Source of the DNA: Amoebidium appalachense
Lineage: Eukaryota > Protista > Ichthyosporea
Length of the DNA: 64,000 nt
Assembly (NCBI GenBank): GCA_963693365.1
Contig: CAVNZM010000007.1
Location: forward strand, 1,845,979-1,909,978
Reading direction: 5' to 3'
Positions 1 through 36,506 of this stretch are shown in pieces. The position numbers and the translations under genes are program-made. Every line of letters starts with the position of its first letter. The first letter of the stretch is position 1. The notes beneath the pieces are model-generated. The model did no database searches and was not told where the DNA came from. It worked only from the letters and a program-made list of their open reading frames with translations.

Positions 1-323
1 TGTGTGCCCGCGTGCACACGAGCGCATTGAATGCGTTTTTGTGGATTCGGTGCAATGTGTTGGGAAGGGTAAGCACAAGGGCAGTCATGGTGTGATGTTC
101 ACTAATGGCATAACCCTGTGTGTGCACAAGGACGTGTGTGTGTGTTTACATGTGCATGCCCACGTGAATCGAATACACGGTTCCTCCCTCCTCCTATCTG
201 TGCCATCCCTGTTTGTGCGTTTTCCCACTTCTGCACACATGTAACTGTGGATTTAAATGTTTTATTCATCATCAATCAATGAAACTGGCAGAGAGTAGTA
301 GGGAAATGAGGGTGTGGAGGAGG

Positions 324-354
<31 letters not shown>

Positions 355-693
355 GGGGGGGGAGGGGGTAGGGGGGGAATGAGGGACGGAGAGAGGGGAT
401 GGATGGAGGGAAAGAGAGGGGGAGGGGGTGGGGAGAGAGACAGGAAGAAATCGTGTGTGTGAAGGGAGCAAAAGTGAAGGGGAGGGGGGGGGGGGGGGGG
501 GGGGAGCAGGAGAGAGAGATGGAAAGAGAAAGAGATCTAAGGTGCGGAGGGTGGGGCCTTTTGGTGGGGGGGGGGGGGGGGGGGGAGGGGGGGGAGGCGG
601 AGGGGGGAGGGAGGGGGGGGGGGGGGGAGGAGGGGATGAAAGGGGGGGTTGCAGAGGAAAAGGGCACTCATACTGTGTGTGTGTGTGTTTCAG

Positions 694-6510
<5,817 letters not shown>

Positions 6511-6689
6511 CGGTAGCATTTTGAAGCCGCTTCCTTGTATACGTATGCCGGATTTTCGGTCCCTATTGGGCCGCTGAGCTCGGCAATTTTTTTTCAAAAT
6601 TGTTTCTTTTTTTGGGTGAGGAGAATTGAGGAGAATTGAAGCTCTGGCCCCGACCCATCGGACAATATAGCCCAAAAATGCAACACTTT

Positions 6690-6738
<49 letters not shown>

Positions 6739-6930
6739 CTCTTTTGCGTGTGTCGTAGCAGATTTGGTAAACTAATATAATTTATGCAAGGGTTAGTGCA
6801 GGCCTACACCGCTTTGTGACGTAACATACTTTTTAGTTGAAAAGTTTCTTGCAGCTTGGCTTAGCAACCCCAAAGGAAAAGGGGAAAAAAATACCCAGAT
6901 ACCGTTACTACCTCTATACACGTGCACATG

Positions 6931-7071
<141 letters not shown>

Positions 7072-7782
7072 TCACACACACACCGCGGCCATGGCAAACA
7101 TGGTCCCCCCCCCCCCCCCCCCCCCCTATCGGACCCCAACGAACACGCTTAAGTAATACTAGCTTCGTTATAAGGGAAACTCAAAGAATGTGTTCTTTTA
7201 TTATCTCTCTATCAGACGTAGACATAGGATTTAATGTTATGGTCGATAATATTGGAACTCAGACAGGGACTTTAATATTTATGTGGACGAATGACGGTTT
7301 TTGCCACCACGAACAGCAATGGGGAGTCCTATGGGGTGGATGGCGTGGAGGGGTTTGGGGCGAAAGGAGGAGGGGGGGGGGGAGGGGGGGGGGGGACGTA
7401 AATTTTTTTTTTTGAAACGGGGAGGGGGGTAGTAATAGCTTGGGGGGGAGGGGGGGGGGGGGGGGGGAAAGGGGGGAGGAGGGGACCCACCCACCCCTTT
7501 GGACAGGTGGGTCTTCCCCCACCAAGGGGGGGGGGGGGGGGGGGGGGGAGGGGGGGGGACCCACCCACCCCTCCGGCTAGCAGGGGGAGGGAGGGAGGGG
7601 GACCACCCCAATGGCATAGGCTGCCATCATGTGACTATTGATGACCTGATCATATAATAGTACAACAGTTTAGCAGCAGAGTCCAAATCAATGATTGCTA
7701 AAACGTAAACATTTAATGTGGGGTTGACTAGCATTAGTCCTTGATCACCTGAAACTCAGCTAGGCTATATGCTGTACGGTCA

Positions 7783-7819
<37 letters not shown>

Positions 7820-8168
7820 CCCGCCCCTCCCGTCTCTCGCACTCGTCTCCGGTCGCCCCACCGCGCACGCACACACATTCACATGCATTTGATTGACACG
7901 TACCTGCCCACCCATGCACCACATACGCACACGAGGTGCACAAACTTTGACCAGCGATCATGAGCAGCCGGCATAAGCATGAACATGCACATACACAAAC
8001 CCACACCACACACATACCATCCCCGCCACACAGATATGCACACGAACACTGCACGGTGAGCACGATAACCTGGCCCCCCAATAATTAATGATTTAGAACT
8101 TGATAGTTGGCCGTTACATGTCTGTGTCTCTGTGTGTATGTGTGTGTATGTGTGTGTGTGTGTGCCAG

Positions 8169-8207
<39 letters not shown>

Positions 8208-8561
8208 TGTGTGTGCCACGGTGTGTGTGTATTGTGTGTGAAACTGTGTGTGACGTGTGTGCGCGTGCATGCACGTGTGCACGTGCATTTCAATGATATC
8301 AAAGTTTACTTGTGTAAATGGGCAGGGTGACTCAAAGGGAAAGGGGGCAGGGGAAGGGGAGAGGATTTGAGAGGGGCGGGAGGGGCAGGGAGGGGGGCGG
8401 GGCGGGGGGGGGGGGGGGGGGGGGGGTCGTTAAAAATGTTATGTTATAGAGCATATTGGTAGGTGGCACAATCGCCGTGGACAAAACAAAGCAGACCGTG
8501 CAAAGAACACACAAAGATTATGCATCCGGCAGCCTAAGAGCACCAGCACGAAGTGGTGGGA

Positions 8562-8618
<57 letters not shown>

Positions 8619-8648
8619 CACGCGCGTGCGTGCGTGCGTGTGTGCGTG

Positions 8649-8687
<39 letters not shown>

Positions 8688-8944
8688 TGCGTGTTTTTTT
8701 TGGGGGGGGGAAGGGGGGGGGGGGGGGAGGGGGAGGGGGAGGGGGAGGGGCAGGGGGAGGGGGGGATGGGGATGATGCACCAGTGGTCAAAACGGAAACA
8801 ATTTTTCCAAAAGAAAAAGCAAAAAAAAAAAAATAATGAATACAACCTTTGGTGAGTGAAAAAGAGACTCTGGCTAAGATCACGGGCACACGCGGGGGGG
8901 GGGGGAGGGGAGGTCAGGGGGGAGGGGGGAAAGTGGGGTTGGGG

Positions 8945-8986
<42 letters not shown>

Positions 8987-11900
8987 CCACCACCCCACTC
9001 GGCCAGGTGGGTCCCCGCGGGGTGGGGGGAGGGGGAGGGTCCCGGAGGGAGGAGGGGGCCCGGGGAGGGGGGAGGGGAGGGAGGGGAGGGGGGTACCACC
9101 AGGGGGAACGTCTATGTTTACTACTACTCTCCCCCTCCCATTTCAAATTCAAAAATTCCTAACGTTCATACTATAAAAATGGGGATCACCGTCAGCATAT
9201 CTCCGGATCTTATGCATCCCTCCCCACTTAGCTACGTATAGGTCATGGATCTTGACTCATTGAAATTCAATAGTTATCAGACTCAGTCTGTTAGTAGTAT
9301 TGACACTGAGTTGATAAGGGGCTCTGGGAGGTAGAGGCTCGGAGGAGCTCGAGTGAAGGGGAAGGAGGGGGAGGGGGGGGGGGAGGGGGGGGGGGGGGGG
9401 CGATAAGAGGGGGATCCCTCCCGGGGCGAGGGGGGGGGGCGTCTGCCGATGATGATCCGGAGAGAGGCGAGGGTCCCGAGAGGTCGCCAGGGAGGGGCCC
9501 GGGTCCGGGGACGGGGTGAGGGGAAGGGGGGGGAGGGGGGTGGGGGGGGGGGGGGGGGGGTGCAATGGCCACTAAATATGTAGCTAACCCATGTTAGTCG
9601 GGTAGCATGTGCATGTACTCATCGATCCACCGTTTGCTAATACAGTAACAATAAAGGTTGTGTAAACCCTTACATCCATCAATTCTATGATTGGGGTGCA
9701 TTATCAACTTGGTGTGCGGCACGCGCGCATACACATATTTTTTATGCATACATACTGTATGTGCCCGGACGGCGTCGAGGTCCAGGATCCAGGCTGATGT
9801 GACCGTCACGGTGCTAGTCTTGACGAGCTTCTGCTGTCAGTCACACGGGGTTCAAACAATCTATATGTATATGATGGCCCCCGTGTAACATGTGCATATG
9901 TGTACGGAGGCATGTCACGCGTCTTCGTGATCATAATTGGGATGATTGCATGGCAGTTTAGTTGCATCCTGAGAACTTGAACTTGTGTTCAGTCCTGCAG
10001 ATCTCTGGCTGGCCATGACTGAGTCCCTACGTATCCCCACAACCTGACTCCTAATTACTTGACCCACCGAATAGCAGAGTACAAACCGAACACAACAACA
10101 TGTGCGTGCATGTGTTACAGTACATTCCTACGCCATGATCGATAATGTGTAAACCCCATGATCGATATCGATGTGTCATCAACATCCGAGTCGTACACAT
10201 TGTGTATAATGATACAACCCCTTCAGGCACTTATGATACACATGTATGTACACCGTATGGATATATGGATACAACTCAGATTTGAGGGCCCAAGCCCGCT
10301 AAATATGCTCCAAGTGTTGTGTCACTGGGGGAAGAGGGGGGGATATATCCGGAGTGGCCACGGGGCCGCCCTCATGACCAACGGTTGAGCTTGGTTGGGT
10401 TTTGTTGGGTCTTGTTGGGCTTTGCATGCATGGGTTTTAACATGTTGTGTTTGCATTCACTGATTGCATTTTGGGTTTGAAATTAGGAACGTCTGGAATA
10501 TTGGTTGGATTTTGTTGAGTTTGGTTGGGTCTGGTTGTGTACATGTTTGTTTGTGTTTGGTTGGATTGTCACGGTTGCAAGTTTGGTTGTGTTAGGTTTC
10601 CGGGGTTTGGTTGCAAGGTGGATGGTACAGATTGGTGGTGGTGGGTGGGTGGCGTGGGTGCACGTGGGTGGGGGGAAGGGGGGCAGGCTGCTGTATTGAT
10701 GGCGGGCTCACTCGCCATATACAGGCACGGTATTCGCAACAGTTGGCGGGCTCTAAGCTTACTGCACTACAGTAAGCCCCGGCGGCATATGGCAGTGTGA
10801 CTGTGACGGTCCGGATGATGAATGAATGACGTACTGTAAGACATTGTGCACTGAACTTGCGCAACGCGTTCCACCATGCAGCCTTTCCGATTGGTTTAGC
10901 AAGCAGCAGGCATATGTGATCTGGTCCAATCGCAGCGGGGACTGGTGCGTGACGGTTCGCATTGCATGCCGGTGTAGTGTCTAAGGTACTGTAGGCATAT
11001 TGATATTACAGAGCTGTGGCATTAAGTTGTTCTGCTGTGTGCTTCGTGTGGTGGACGTTGACTATAAAACAGTACATAGGTACACATCCCAATTTTCTAT
11101 GCCCTCACCTGATGTACATATGTGCAAGGTTGCAGACTCACACCAAACAAATCAGCTGCAGGGACAGCACCAATTATAGAGTCATATGATTGGTCGATGC
11201 TCTCAAATACGCCCTTCTTATTGGTTTAAAAGGCACCATATGCATTCCTGTACACATTCCAATTGCTCAAGCTTGGACTCAGTGATTGGTTGTTGCCACT
11301 TCGTCGTCTGCTAGTGAGTAGTAGCCCAGTAGGCCACGAGTTGTACAATCTTGAGATTTTTTCCCGTGCCACACACCCTCCCAGTGCGCACAAGTGCATT
11401 TCTACACAGCCTTTTACTGTAAATCATGCTGTTCTGTAGATGCACACAACCAGGCTGCATGAGATGATGAGAAGCACCACTGAGAAACACAATGAGAGCT
11501 GGTCACCGCGTGCATGTACTGCGTGACTCAGGCTGGCGAGATCATCGAACTGGCTGAGATCTCTGCTCTGAGTTGGTCTTGGCAGATCGTCTGCATTTTG
11601 GCATTTCGAAACGGTGCAGCCCCAAGGCTGATGCGAAAATGCATGCCAAAAAGCCACATGTGAGACATGTGCATCAGTCACTCACTTTGTGCACTAGTAG
11701 CATCAAACGATGCTGATACCCACGTCCAACCATGCAGAACCGTGAATCAGATCCTTTGAATTCAAAGATGACTCTCGAATCCCGATCTCACTTGCACAGC
11801 TATGATTGACTATACCATATCATATTTATACCCTGTAAAGCAACCCGGGGGTCCCGGAGTCTTGGATGCTACGTATACTCCACAAATAGCACATAGATTC

Positions 11901-13200
11901 AATCTTCATTTGCATGCATACACACAGACGGCCTTTGTGCAACTGCAACCTGACCCGGAGTGACTGCCCAATCAAAAACCTTCTCTGAACAATCATTCTT
12001 ATTGGACTCCCAAATCATGTGACTCCCGATAATCCCGCGAGCTAGTGTAACGGAATCCCATAATCATGTTACTTCAACATCGTAGTCTTATGAACTCTTT
12101 GGCTAAAAAGAAGTGGTACTATCTGTTTTTGTTTTTTCAGTTCTAAAACATTTTATATCAATTACATGTCAACATCAGGTGTTACGCGTGACCGTCAAAC
12201 ACGGTCGGATACTGTAGCCAGTGGCCCAGCTGGGCGCGGCTCACCACTCATGATGATCTGGATCCGACGCTCGGCGCAGAAGCTCCCAAGGGTCTTCAGC
12301 ACTTTCCATATATATAGCTCTTAGAAACTTGCAATATGTATGCATCTGATACAAAGTTTTTTTTTAAATAAGAATGATGATATAGATATTGTAATTTTGC
12401 AGAACGCACAATTTGCCGGGTGCACGGTCCAGGTCCTCCAGGACCGCGAGGGCTCACGGTCGACATTTTTTAGATAAGAATTTGGCTCATGGGCGTAAAA
12501 TAGTTGCCAATCAAGCATCAGACCTAGGTACATCAATATTACCGAGAGTTGACTCGTTGAAAAGGGCTCCTCAAGGCTTGCAAGCGCGACCATGCACAGT
12601 ACGGCCGTTCACGCTGAGTCATGGTGTTATAGGAGACTGCTGTAGACTAAAAGGATGAAAGATAGGCTTTCATATTCAAAAAATGCATGTAATGGGCTAC
12701 ATTTATACGCGTGCACGCGATAGTCCTTTTTATATAATCATAGTGCTATTTGGTGCGGGTTTTGGCCACAGCTAGGCCGGTCAGGTCCCTGAGGGCCTGT
12801 ATATGCATGTAAATCGGGAGAGGAATAATACAATAATACAGCAAAACTAGGCGCTGTTGAACGGGAAAATCGAAACAAACTTGTTTAAAAACTGACCTCA
12901 GGCTGGTTGATTTTTGGAATGCAACGATTTTGCCCTGGATAAATTTCAAATTTCATTGGTCTCGCACTCCCCGCCAAAACTCGGCGTAATTCAGTTAGTA
13001 ATTCGCAGGCGACTCAACATGAATTATTCTCCTCAGCTTTTGAAGTTATACGTCCAACAAACATTGTTGAATAGCTATGCTATGCAAAGCTATTGAGAGC
13101 AATTCGTGCCACTTTAGGGCCATCATCATCATTTTTGAAGTGAACTAAATTGGAAGTGTAAGATCATAAATGCATCATGACATGTACATATGGTTGAACC

Positions 13201-13234
<34 letters not shown>

Positions 13235-13571
13235 CTCTACTAGGTATATGACTACGGTATTTTCAGTTGTATGTAGTGTGCCAACCCACAAACTCTCCAA
13301 CATGACTTTGATATGATTTGTATTGTTTATTTATCGCATCAAAAATATTTTTCAACATGTTTGGGGAGGGCATACTGATCTAAATATACCACACATATTT
13401 ACCTCCTCACTTTACGACGTATGCACGGTGAATAGGCTACAATAACTCGTTTCGCATCACAATGCTCACGGCACGGTTTGGGCACGAGGGGAAGGGGCTT
13501 CGAACCATATGATTGGACAGTAGTCACACGATAATAAGACGGGCTTTTGCTCTCCATTGTGGCTCACCATT

Positions 13572-13579
13572 TATAAATA
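13572..13579 (+). promoter_or_regulatory. Possible TATA box of the Forkhead gene
   Basis: TATAAATA about 200 bp upstream of ATG 13771; motif match only. Confidence 0.3.
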
Positions 13580-13770
13580 CAAAAAATTCACACAGCTTTT
13601 GTTTCATCATTTGCACTCCTGAGACATATCTGTACATTTTATCGCACACCAACACGGCAATCATTCCACCTCCCTGTTTTATATATTTGTTTGCTAATCC
13701 CAAGGAGTGTACACTCACCACACCTTCACATTCCAACATCATAACGGCTAGCCCTGCAAGCAACTACAGC

Positions 13771-14931
13771 ATGAATACGCCAGAGGAAGTGACTTCCCCG
13801 GTCAACTCCGACTACTTTGACGTTTCAAACATTCCAGCGGAGCCGCCCGTTTTCGAGTCTGTGCACCAGAAGCCACCCTTGTCCTATGCCGCACTCATCA
13901 CTTACGCCATCGCCAGCTCAAAGGAAAAGAGACTTACTTTGAGCGGCATCTACCGGTGGATAGAGTCAAGGTACCCCTTCTACAACGTTAAGGAGGGCAG
14001 CTGGAAAAATTCCATCAGGCACAATCTCTCCTTGAAAAAGTGCTTCGTCAAGGTTCCCCGCCACGAAAGTGACCCCGGTCCAGGCAAGGGGTCCTACTGG
14101 TGTCTTGATTTTTCTCAGTCGGGCACAACAGCCGACCGGCCCAAGCGTCGTCTTACGAGCTCAGTTGCCGCCGTAGAAGCCACTGCCACCAAATCATCGG
14201 CAGAATCTGCTGACCAAGAAGCACCACACACGGGGGCACCAGCAAAGAAAAGGAGAATTTCAAAGAGCGCTCCTGCTGCACAGGCCAGTGTCCCTACAAG
14301 CCCCGTCACGGTGTTGGGAAATGAAAACGGTCGCCAGATGCCCTTTAATCCAGTCGCCAAGACGACAAAACGGCCAGTTGTCAAGACAGCACCAACGAGT
14401 CCCGTTGCGACAACATCTGCACGGACAGCATGTGTCCAACTCATACGTGCACATAGCAATCCAGCGACCTTTGCACGCCAAAACCCCATCCACACCATTC
14501 CCTCCCTTCCCACTGCCGCACAGGTCCTTGCTGCCACCACCCAACAATACGCCTTAAGTGACGAGGAACCTTTTCCTGCTGCCGATGACCCCCTCAGCTA
14601 TGGCTATACACGGTCGTATAGCTGGCAGTCGGACGACACGAGCGTGTGTGGGAGTGCATCTTGGGATGTCGATGACGTGATTGCCCCCCAGCCAAGGACA
14701 GATGACCTCGAGCTTCCCGAATATGATTTGGATGAGCTCATAGCTTGGGCTACCACGCCAAATACACCGGACACCCCGACAATGCTGTTAGATAACAATA
14801 CTAGCTTGGACACGTTTGTGTATCCCAACACGGAGCCTTATTACGTTAGCCAGTTTTTGGAGCCGATTAAGAGTGAGCAAGACTCAGCACCATATTATGG
14901 TTTTGGGCACGCACATGTGCTGGCAAACTAG
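13771..14931 (+). CDS. Forkhead (winged-helix) transcription factor, intronless CDS, FoxJ/K/N-like
   Basis: [14 protein letters not shown]...[10 protein letters not shown]...YPFY...[21 protein letters not shown]...GKGSYWCLD, then basic NLS-like AKKRRI and an acidic C-terminus. First ATG of the ORF is 13771. Confidence 0.95.
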   Translation: MNTPEEVTSPVNSDYFDVSNIPAEPPVFESVHQKPPLSYAALITYAIASSKEKRLTLSGIYRWIESRYPFYNVKEGSWKNSIRHNLSLKKCFVKVPRHESDPGPGKGSYWCLDFSQSGTTADRPKRRLTSSVAAVEATATKSSAESADQEAPHTGAPAKKRRISKSAPAAQASVPTSPVTVLGNENGRQMPFNPVAKTTKRPVVKTAPTSPVATTSARTACVQLIRAHSNPATFARQNPIHTIPSLPTAAQVLAATTQQYALSDEEPFPAADDPLSYGYTRSYSWQSDDTSVCGSASWDVDDVIAPQPRTDDLELPEYDLDELIAWATTPNTPDTPTMLLDNNTSLDTFVYPNTEPYYVSQFLEPIKSEQDSAPYYGFGHAHVLAN

Positions 14932-15401
14932 AAGTGAACGTAAGTGTATGGCCATAGGAACAGATGATATATAGTCCATAATGCTAAACTGATGTGTTGT
15001 AATAGTTGTACACTTAGCTAGGTCAGCCCCAAAAATAAAGCACCACTGATCATATAGTAGACAAAGAGCACAAAGATTAAATGGAACTTCAGGATCAAAA
15101 CTAGAAAATCAAAACTAGAAAGCACCGTGACAATGCCCTGTAGGATATTGTGTTTTCATAATAAATATTGGCATGGGGCCATAACTTGAATGTGCGATGA
15201 CAATGATAATCTGTACTTTGATGCATGGCCAATAAAATTTAATCAAAAGTGATCATGATCACAAAACCCACTCTCAGTCATACCAAAGGTGGGCGTCTTC
15301 CAATACGGTTATATCAGTTGTTAGCAGGAAGATGCACGGCATCTCGCTCCACATCAATATCCACTCACATGCAGAACTTATCTTCACACCTCTGATTGTT
15401 G

Positions 15402-17818
<2,417 letters not shown>

Positions 17819-17907
17819 GTTGTATACTTGAGGTAAACAAATAAACTGAGTTTCGAGAGACACCTGCTTTGTGATATCGTTAAGACTGGTGACCTGACGC
17901 ATGACCA

Positions 17908-17915
17908 TGACGTCA
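17908..17915. promoter_or_regulatory. CRE palindrome in the divergent promoter between the PWI gene and AMPK-beta
   Basis: TGACGTCA within the ~550-bp head-to-head intergenic region 17819-18373; motif only. Confidence 0.3.
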
Positions 17916-18373
17916 TTTTGCGCATCATTATGGGCGAAACTCGGGGGGATTAGCTAAATAAATGACTCAGTAGAGGTAAACGTTTTAGGCTTTCTTTTTC
18001 GCCCTCTTGAACTTTGACACAGACTGCGAGCTCGACCCGTGAAAATTTTGGTACATAAATTGTATTTTTGTATGTATACGCCAGGGTTGATTCTGTCTGT
18101 GCGAAACAAAGGAGTTGTACTGAATTGCCTCTGAAGTCTACATAAATCAGTAATTTAGTTTTTTTTTGATATTCCGTGTGTGTATTCATCAAGAAGGGCT
18201 CATGCTTGCCGTCAACAGCAGTTGTATCATTCACACTGATCTATTTCGAGGACCCCATCGATATCATCACTGAGTTAACCAGCTTTCATTCTGGTGTAGG
18301 ATTCAGTTTCTCCTGATCAAGAAATTTTTGCCAAAGCTTCTGGATAAGGGGATTTATAAGAACAGAAGGGAAG

Positions 18374-31441
<13,068 letters not shown>

Positions 31442-31686
31442 AGTGTGTTTGCCGGATGCGGCAAGTCACGCAGAGTACTGAGCTGGACAGCCAGACACCG
31501 CGGGCTGTCCTCACAGTTTGTGACTGGACAATTGTCATGACATGGAATGTATCATGAACGAATGTATCAAACGGGTAGCGGGTGTGTGTGTGTTTTTGGG
31601 GGGGGGGGGATGATGTTTAGACTCGGAAAGTCTTAGCCTCTCTTTCCCAGATGCCCCCCCCCCCCCCCCCCCCCCCCTCTCTCTCT

Positions 31687-31869
<183 letters not shown>

Positions 31870-31929
31870 TCTAGCTCTTCTCCCCCCCCCCCTCCCCCCC
31901 CCCCCCCCCCCCTTTCTCGGGGTATATGT

Positions 31930-31962
<33 letters not shown>

Positions 31963-33105
31963 CTTGGTTTGCTGTTAGTACTACCTCTGTGGAAATTGAA
32001 TATCCTTCTATCCATACACACGTGATGTTTTAGGAAATTCACAACATATGGCTCAATTCCAACTACATTCTTGCCTTCTCAATGCTCCCTAAACAAGGCA
32101 CGGAGTCTCGTGTACGTATACAGCTACTGTATCGTCCACAGCACATGTGGCATCTTGCATACACACCGGCGAAACTTGCAACATAATCAACATGAAAATT
32201 TAGTGTGCACGTGGGCAAAAACTATTGCAATAACACGTGCGATTTTCTGAACGGAGGTAGCGGCTAATAAAGTCCGGACCAATGATCCTATTTGCTGAAA
32301 CACATGTTCCCTGCCGGCCACTTCGAATTCTCTGAACACTGTACTTGTATTGGGCTCAGCCTGAACGACGTCGTGGATACTTTTTTTGGCTTTTGTTTTC
32401 AGAATCTATTACTATCGTTTCTTCCTTTCTCTTCACATGGAATACTTTTTCTGCTCCCGGAAAAGTGTTCCTACACATTAAGATCCATATGTACGTACAC
32501 TTTCACGTGAATCACACAAATGCACGTGTGCACATCTCCGAGTGTGGCCTGTTGTGACGACTGACTCACTCATGCCCTCCGGGGGGCTCGACGCGCCAAA
32601 AATTAGCTAAGCCACTCGGAGCAGCGCTACAGTTACCTTATTTGGCAACCTTTATTTCTCAGATCTTTCACATGGGCGGTGATAATTCTGGCCACAAGAG
32701 GTGGGTTCATTGGACAAACCATCAGATATCAGATATGGGATGTGAACCCGTTTATACTAATATCCTTTTTCATAGAAAATCACAATGTAATATGGTAAAA
32801 ACTTCATTAAATATATAAAGTGTTATTCTATGGAACGTTTTTGTAGAGTAGCTGGCAGTGTAGACCAGGTTTATTATGTGTTTTTTTGTTTATGTTCAGA
32901 TGAAGTTATGACTGATAACCACTTGTGTTTTTCAACCATTTGATTAGTGTGTTATCATGCAAGGCTGTGGACAAATTGTGTCAGCGGGTGCGCCGGGCAG
33001 TGGGCACATGTGCCTTGTGGCCGAAGGCTTCACACGCACACACACACAGACGGACCAGAACTTCTCTGGCTCAAGCTTGCTTCTCGTTGGCGAAGAATTT
33101 TGAAG

Positions 33106-34753
33106 ATGGTGAGATCCATGTTTCCTTTATTTGCTAGGTTATGGCTGGCAGGAAAGGGCGTTGAACTCTTTTATCTTTATTCCAAAGCAGGCGCTAGCTT
33201 CTATGTTTTTCTGGCTTTAGGCCAGGGGGTTGGGTTGGCGTGTGATCTGTTTCTTGCTACCAGCTTGGTAGGTCGTGTTACGACGGTAGAGACAGGACAG
33301 CATTTTGATCGACGATTGGTTCTTACGTGAAGAGGATAAGACAGGCATTAAGTCTGCCAAAGGGGAGGTTTGAGAATACCTTGAGCAGCCAACGTGAATA
33401 GGGGAGGGGTTGGTGTGTTGCTGTGGGGGGAGGGGGGGCAGGTAGGGGGGAGGGCTGAAAAGTAGTTAGGGAGTAGTTTTTGGGTACAAAAAACCAACAG
33501 AAGTTGTCATATTTGCAGGATCCCGTTCTGGTTACCCCCCTGGCTCAGGCCGACCCCGACATCTTCGACCTGATTGAGAAGGAAAAGAACCGCCAATGGC
33601 GTGGTCTGGAGCTTATTGCCTCCGAGAACTTCACCTCCATGGCCGTTATGGAGGCAAACGGCAGCCCTCTGACCAACAAGTACTCCGAGGGTGAGTGTGT
33701 GTGTAGTGCAGGGGAAGTTATGGGTGCTGGGTGTGTGGGTCCTTCTGTGGGCGGGTGTGTGTGTGTGTGTTTGGGGGGGGGGGGGGGGGGGGGGGGGGAG
33801 GGGGAGGGGTTGTTGCTGGGGTAGTGGCAACGAGTGGCATGGAAACTCTAACACTTGACCGCACCAAAATCTAAGCTGGTTCTATATTGGAGTTGGAAGG
33901 GCTGTTTGTATAGTCCTGTGTATCCACTACACCGTCCTTTTCCCCTACCCCCGCCAGCACTGTAATTTTGTTTCACGCTACTGCTTAACCGTCCCTCCAC
34001 TTGTCTTATTCTTGTTCCTTTTTCTGCTTTCACCTTGACTCTTCCTTGAAGGCACATCTGCCACTCCCATTTCCCGTTGGGTATGTTGGTGCCTTCCACC
34101 CCTTACTCTCGTCTCTTTCCCAACCACTTCTGAATCGAGGCTGGGGAGGACGGGTGTGTGTGTGTGTGTGTGGTGGTGGTGGTTGGGGGGGGGGGGGGGG
34201 GGGGGGGGGGAGGAGGAGAGCTACAAGCAAATCGTAATCCGTCATGCGCTGATCAGGTCTGCCGGGTGCCCGTTACTATGGTGGTAACGAGTACGTCGAT
34301 GAGGTTGAGAAGCTGTGCCAGAAGCGTGCTCTTGAGGCCTACCGCCTGGACCCCGCTAAGTGGGGCGTCAACGTGCAGCCGTACTCTGGTATGTATTAGT
34401 TTTTAATGGTCCAATGGTTAGGTGGCTTTTTAAGGGGCTTTTGCGCGGTGTGTGTGGATATAACTGGATAGAGCTACAGCACAGTAAAGATGCAATCAGG
34501 TGCTTGAAGGCGCGGTTGTGTGTTTTACTTAACGTTGTGGAGTTATGAGTTTCTATTGATCTAGTGTAAGGTTAGAGATACACTTACGTGTTGACGTTTG
34601 GTGATTTCCGTGTCTCCTGTTTATACACTATGAGCTTCCCGTTAAGATGGGCCTTACATATGATCCATACTTTTTTTAATGTGCCTTGCACATACTGCAC
34701 TGTTTCATCCTTCGTAAGTGCGTTCTTCGTACTTCGCACTCTGTACACATTTC

Positions 34754-34788
<35 letters not shown>

Positions 34789-35005
34789 CCTCCCCTCCCC
34801 TCCCCCCCTACAGGCAGCACGGCCAACTTTGCCACCCTCACTGCGTTGCTGAAGCCTTTCGACCGTCTGATGGGTCTTGACCTGCCATCCGGTGGCCAGT
34901 ACGTCCCCCCCCCCCCCCCCCCAAAAAAAAAAAAAAAAAAATAAGCAAGAAAGAGAGAAAAACGAATGTGCATGTCGAGTTTTGTAAAACTTTTTAATAC
35001 CCCCC

Positions 35006-35038
<33 letters not shown>

Positions 35039-36475
35039 TTTCTCCTCCAGGTACTTCTTTGTCCCTCCCTTTCTCCCTTTCCCCCGTAAAATAGAACTCT
35101 CGTGGACGTGGGCACCAGGGTTCGTTTCACATTTTTCTGTATGTTTACACTGCTGAAATGGCGGTATCTCATGCCAACCAACCAAGCAACTTCCCCCAAC
35201 ACACACCCCTTTCCCACTGCCCTTGCCTGTTGTCTGCTCGCATAAGTAACCCTGCTCGTCTTTGATCAAGACGGGTGACCCACCTATGTTCAAGTGAAAC
35301 GGTATCTGAGCTGGGGTTCGTTGACGAGGTGAATGGGTCGAAACTCGGGCACTGTGGGGGCCGCCCCCCCCTGAGGATGGGCTCTGCTTATTATGCATAC
35401 TCTTTATGAATGGTTTGCCCTCTGCATCGTGCTGTCTGTTGCTTGTGTGCCTCGTACTTCATGACGCATTCACCTCCCCCCCCTCCCCCCCCGCCACCAT
35501 CACCACCACCACCACCACACACACACACACACATATTTTCGGAGATTCGGTTGGTGACCATACATTGCACCATATGTGTGCTTCTATGTCAGAGCTTAGA
35601 AATTATGTTTGCCGGGGAAGTGGGGAGGAGGGGAAGGGGGGGGGGGGGGGGGGGGGAACGCAGGGCAGGGAAAGCGAGACGAAGAGAGAGTGTGTATGAA
35701 GTACAGGCATTCATGTGCTGACCTAGTGGGGGATTTCAGTCTGACTCACGGCTATGCCACGGCCAAGAAGAAGATCTCTTCCTCGTCCATCTACTTCCAG
35801 TCCATGCCCTACCAGACAAACCCCGTACGTCTGTGTGTCTTGTGTGTCCGTGTGTTTAGGTGTGTGTGTGTGTGTGTGTGTGTTGATGTTTGAATAGCCA
35901 TGCGCGCGCACGCGCGCGCGCGTGTGTGTGTGTGTGTGAATAGCCGTGGGTGTGGGTGTGTGTGTGTGTGTTGGTGGTGGTGGTGGGGGGGGGGGGGGGG
36001 GGGGGGGGGAGTGTGATACCGCATATGTGTGCCACGTTGGACGTCAAGGTCTCTGTGGGCATGGACGTTTGTGTCAACGTCTTGTTGAGTGTGAATATAC
36101 ATGGGTGTTGTGTGTTAGTGTGTTTGTAAGATACCTTTGTTACGAGTGCCGCAGTTTGTGGGCAATTTGTTGAGAGCAGCCACCTCCCCTCCCCCCCCCC
36201 CCCCCCCCCCCCCCCCCCCGCTGCGCATTCCCTTCTTTGGTCATTTCCACTACTCTTTTCTGGATTCTTCCCTACATACCGTGGTCCCCCTGCCCCCCTT
36301 CCCTTCCCCCCCCCCCCCCCCCCCCTTTTCCTCCCTTCCCCGAAACTCGGGTTCTGTGGATGACTGTGACCCCCCTTTTGAATGGGCTCTGCTTATTACG
36401 CATATTGTGTGGTTTGCACTCTGCATTATGTTGTGCGTTACGAACGTGCCCTTCGTACTCCCATAGCACATTCTA

Positions 36476-36506
<31 letters not shown>

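Noticed and set aside
7480-9020. Recurring gacccacc...ggtgggtc hairpin motif among G-runs (about 7484, 7558, 8983)
   Set aside because: Too short and low-complexity to separate from chance or an unrecognised repeat fragment.
13513-13770. N-terminal extension of the Forkhead ORF from a TTG start
   Set aside because: Eukaryotic gene; the extension looks non-coding and contains a TATA-like box, so ATG 13771 is preferred.
14965-14978. Group I intron S-element-like GATATATAGTCC
   Set aside because: Isolated match in the Forkhead 3' region with no P, Q or R elements or P7 partner.
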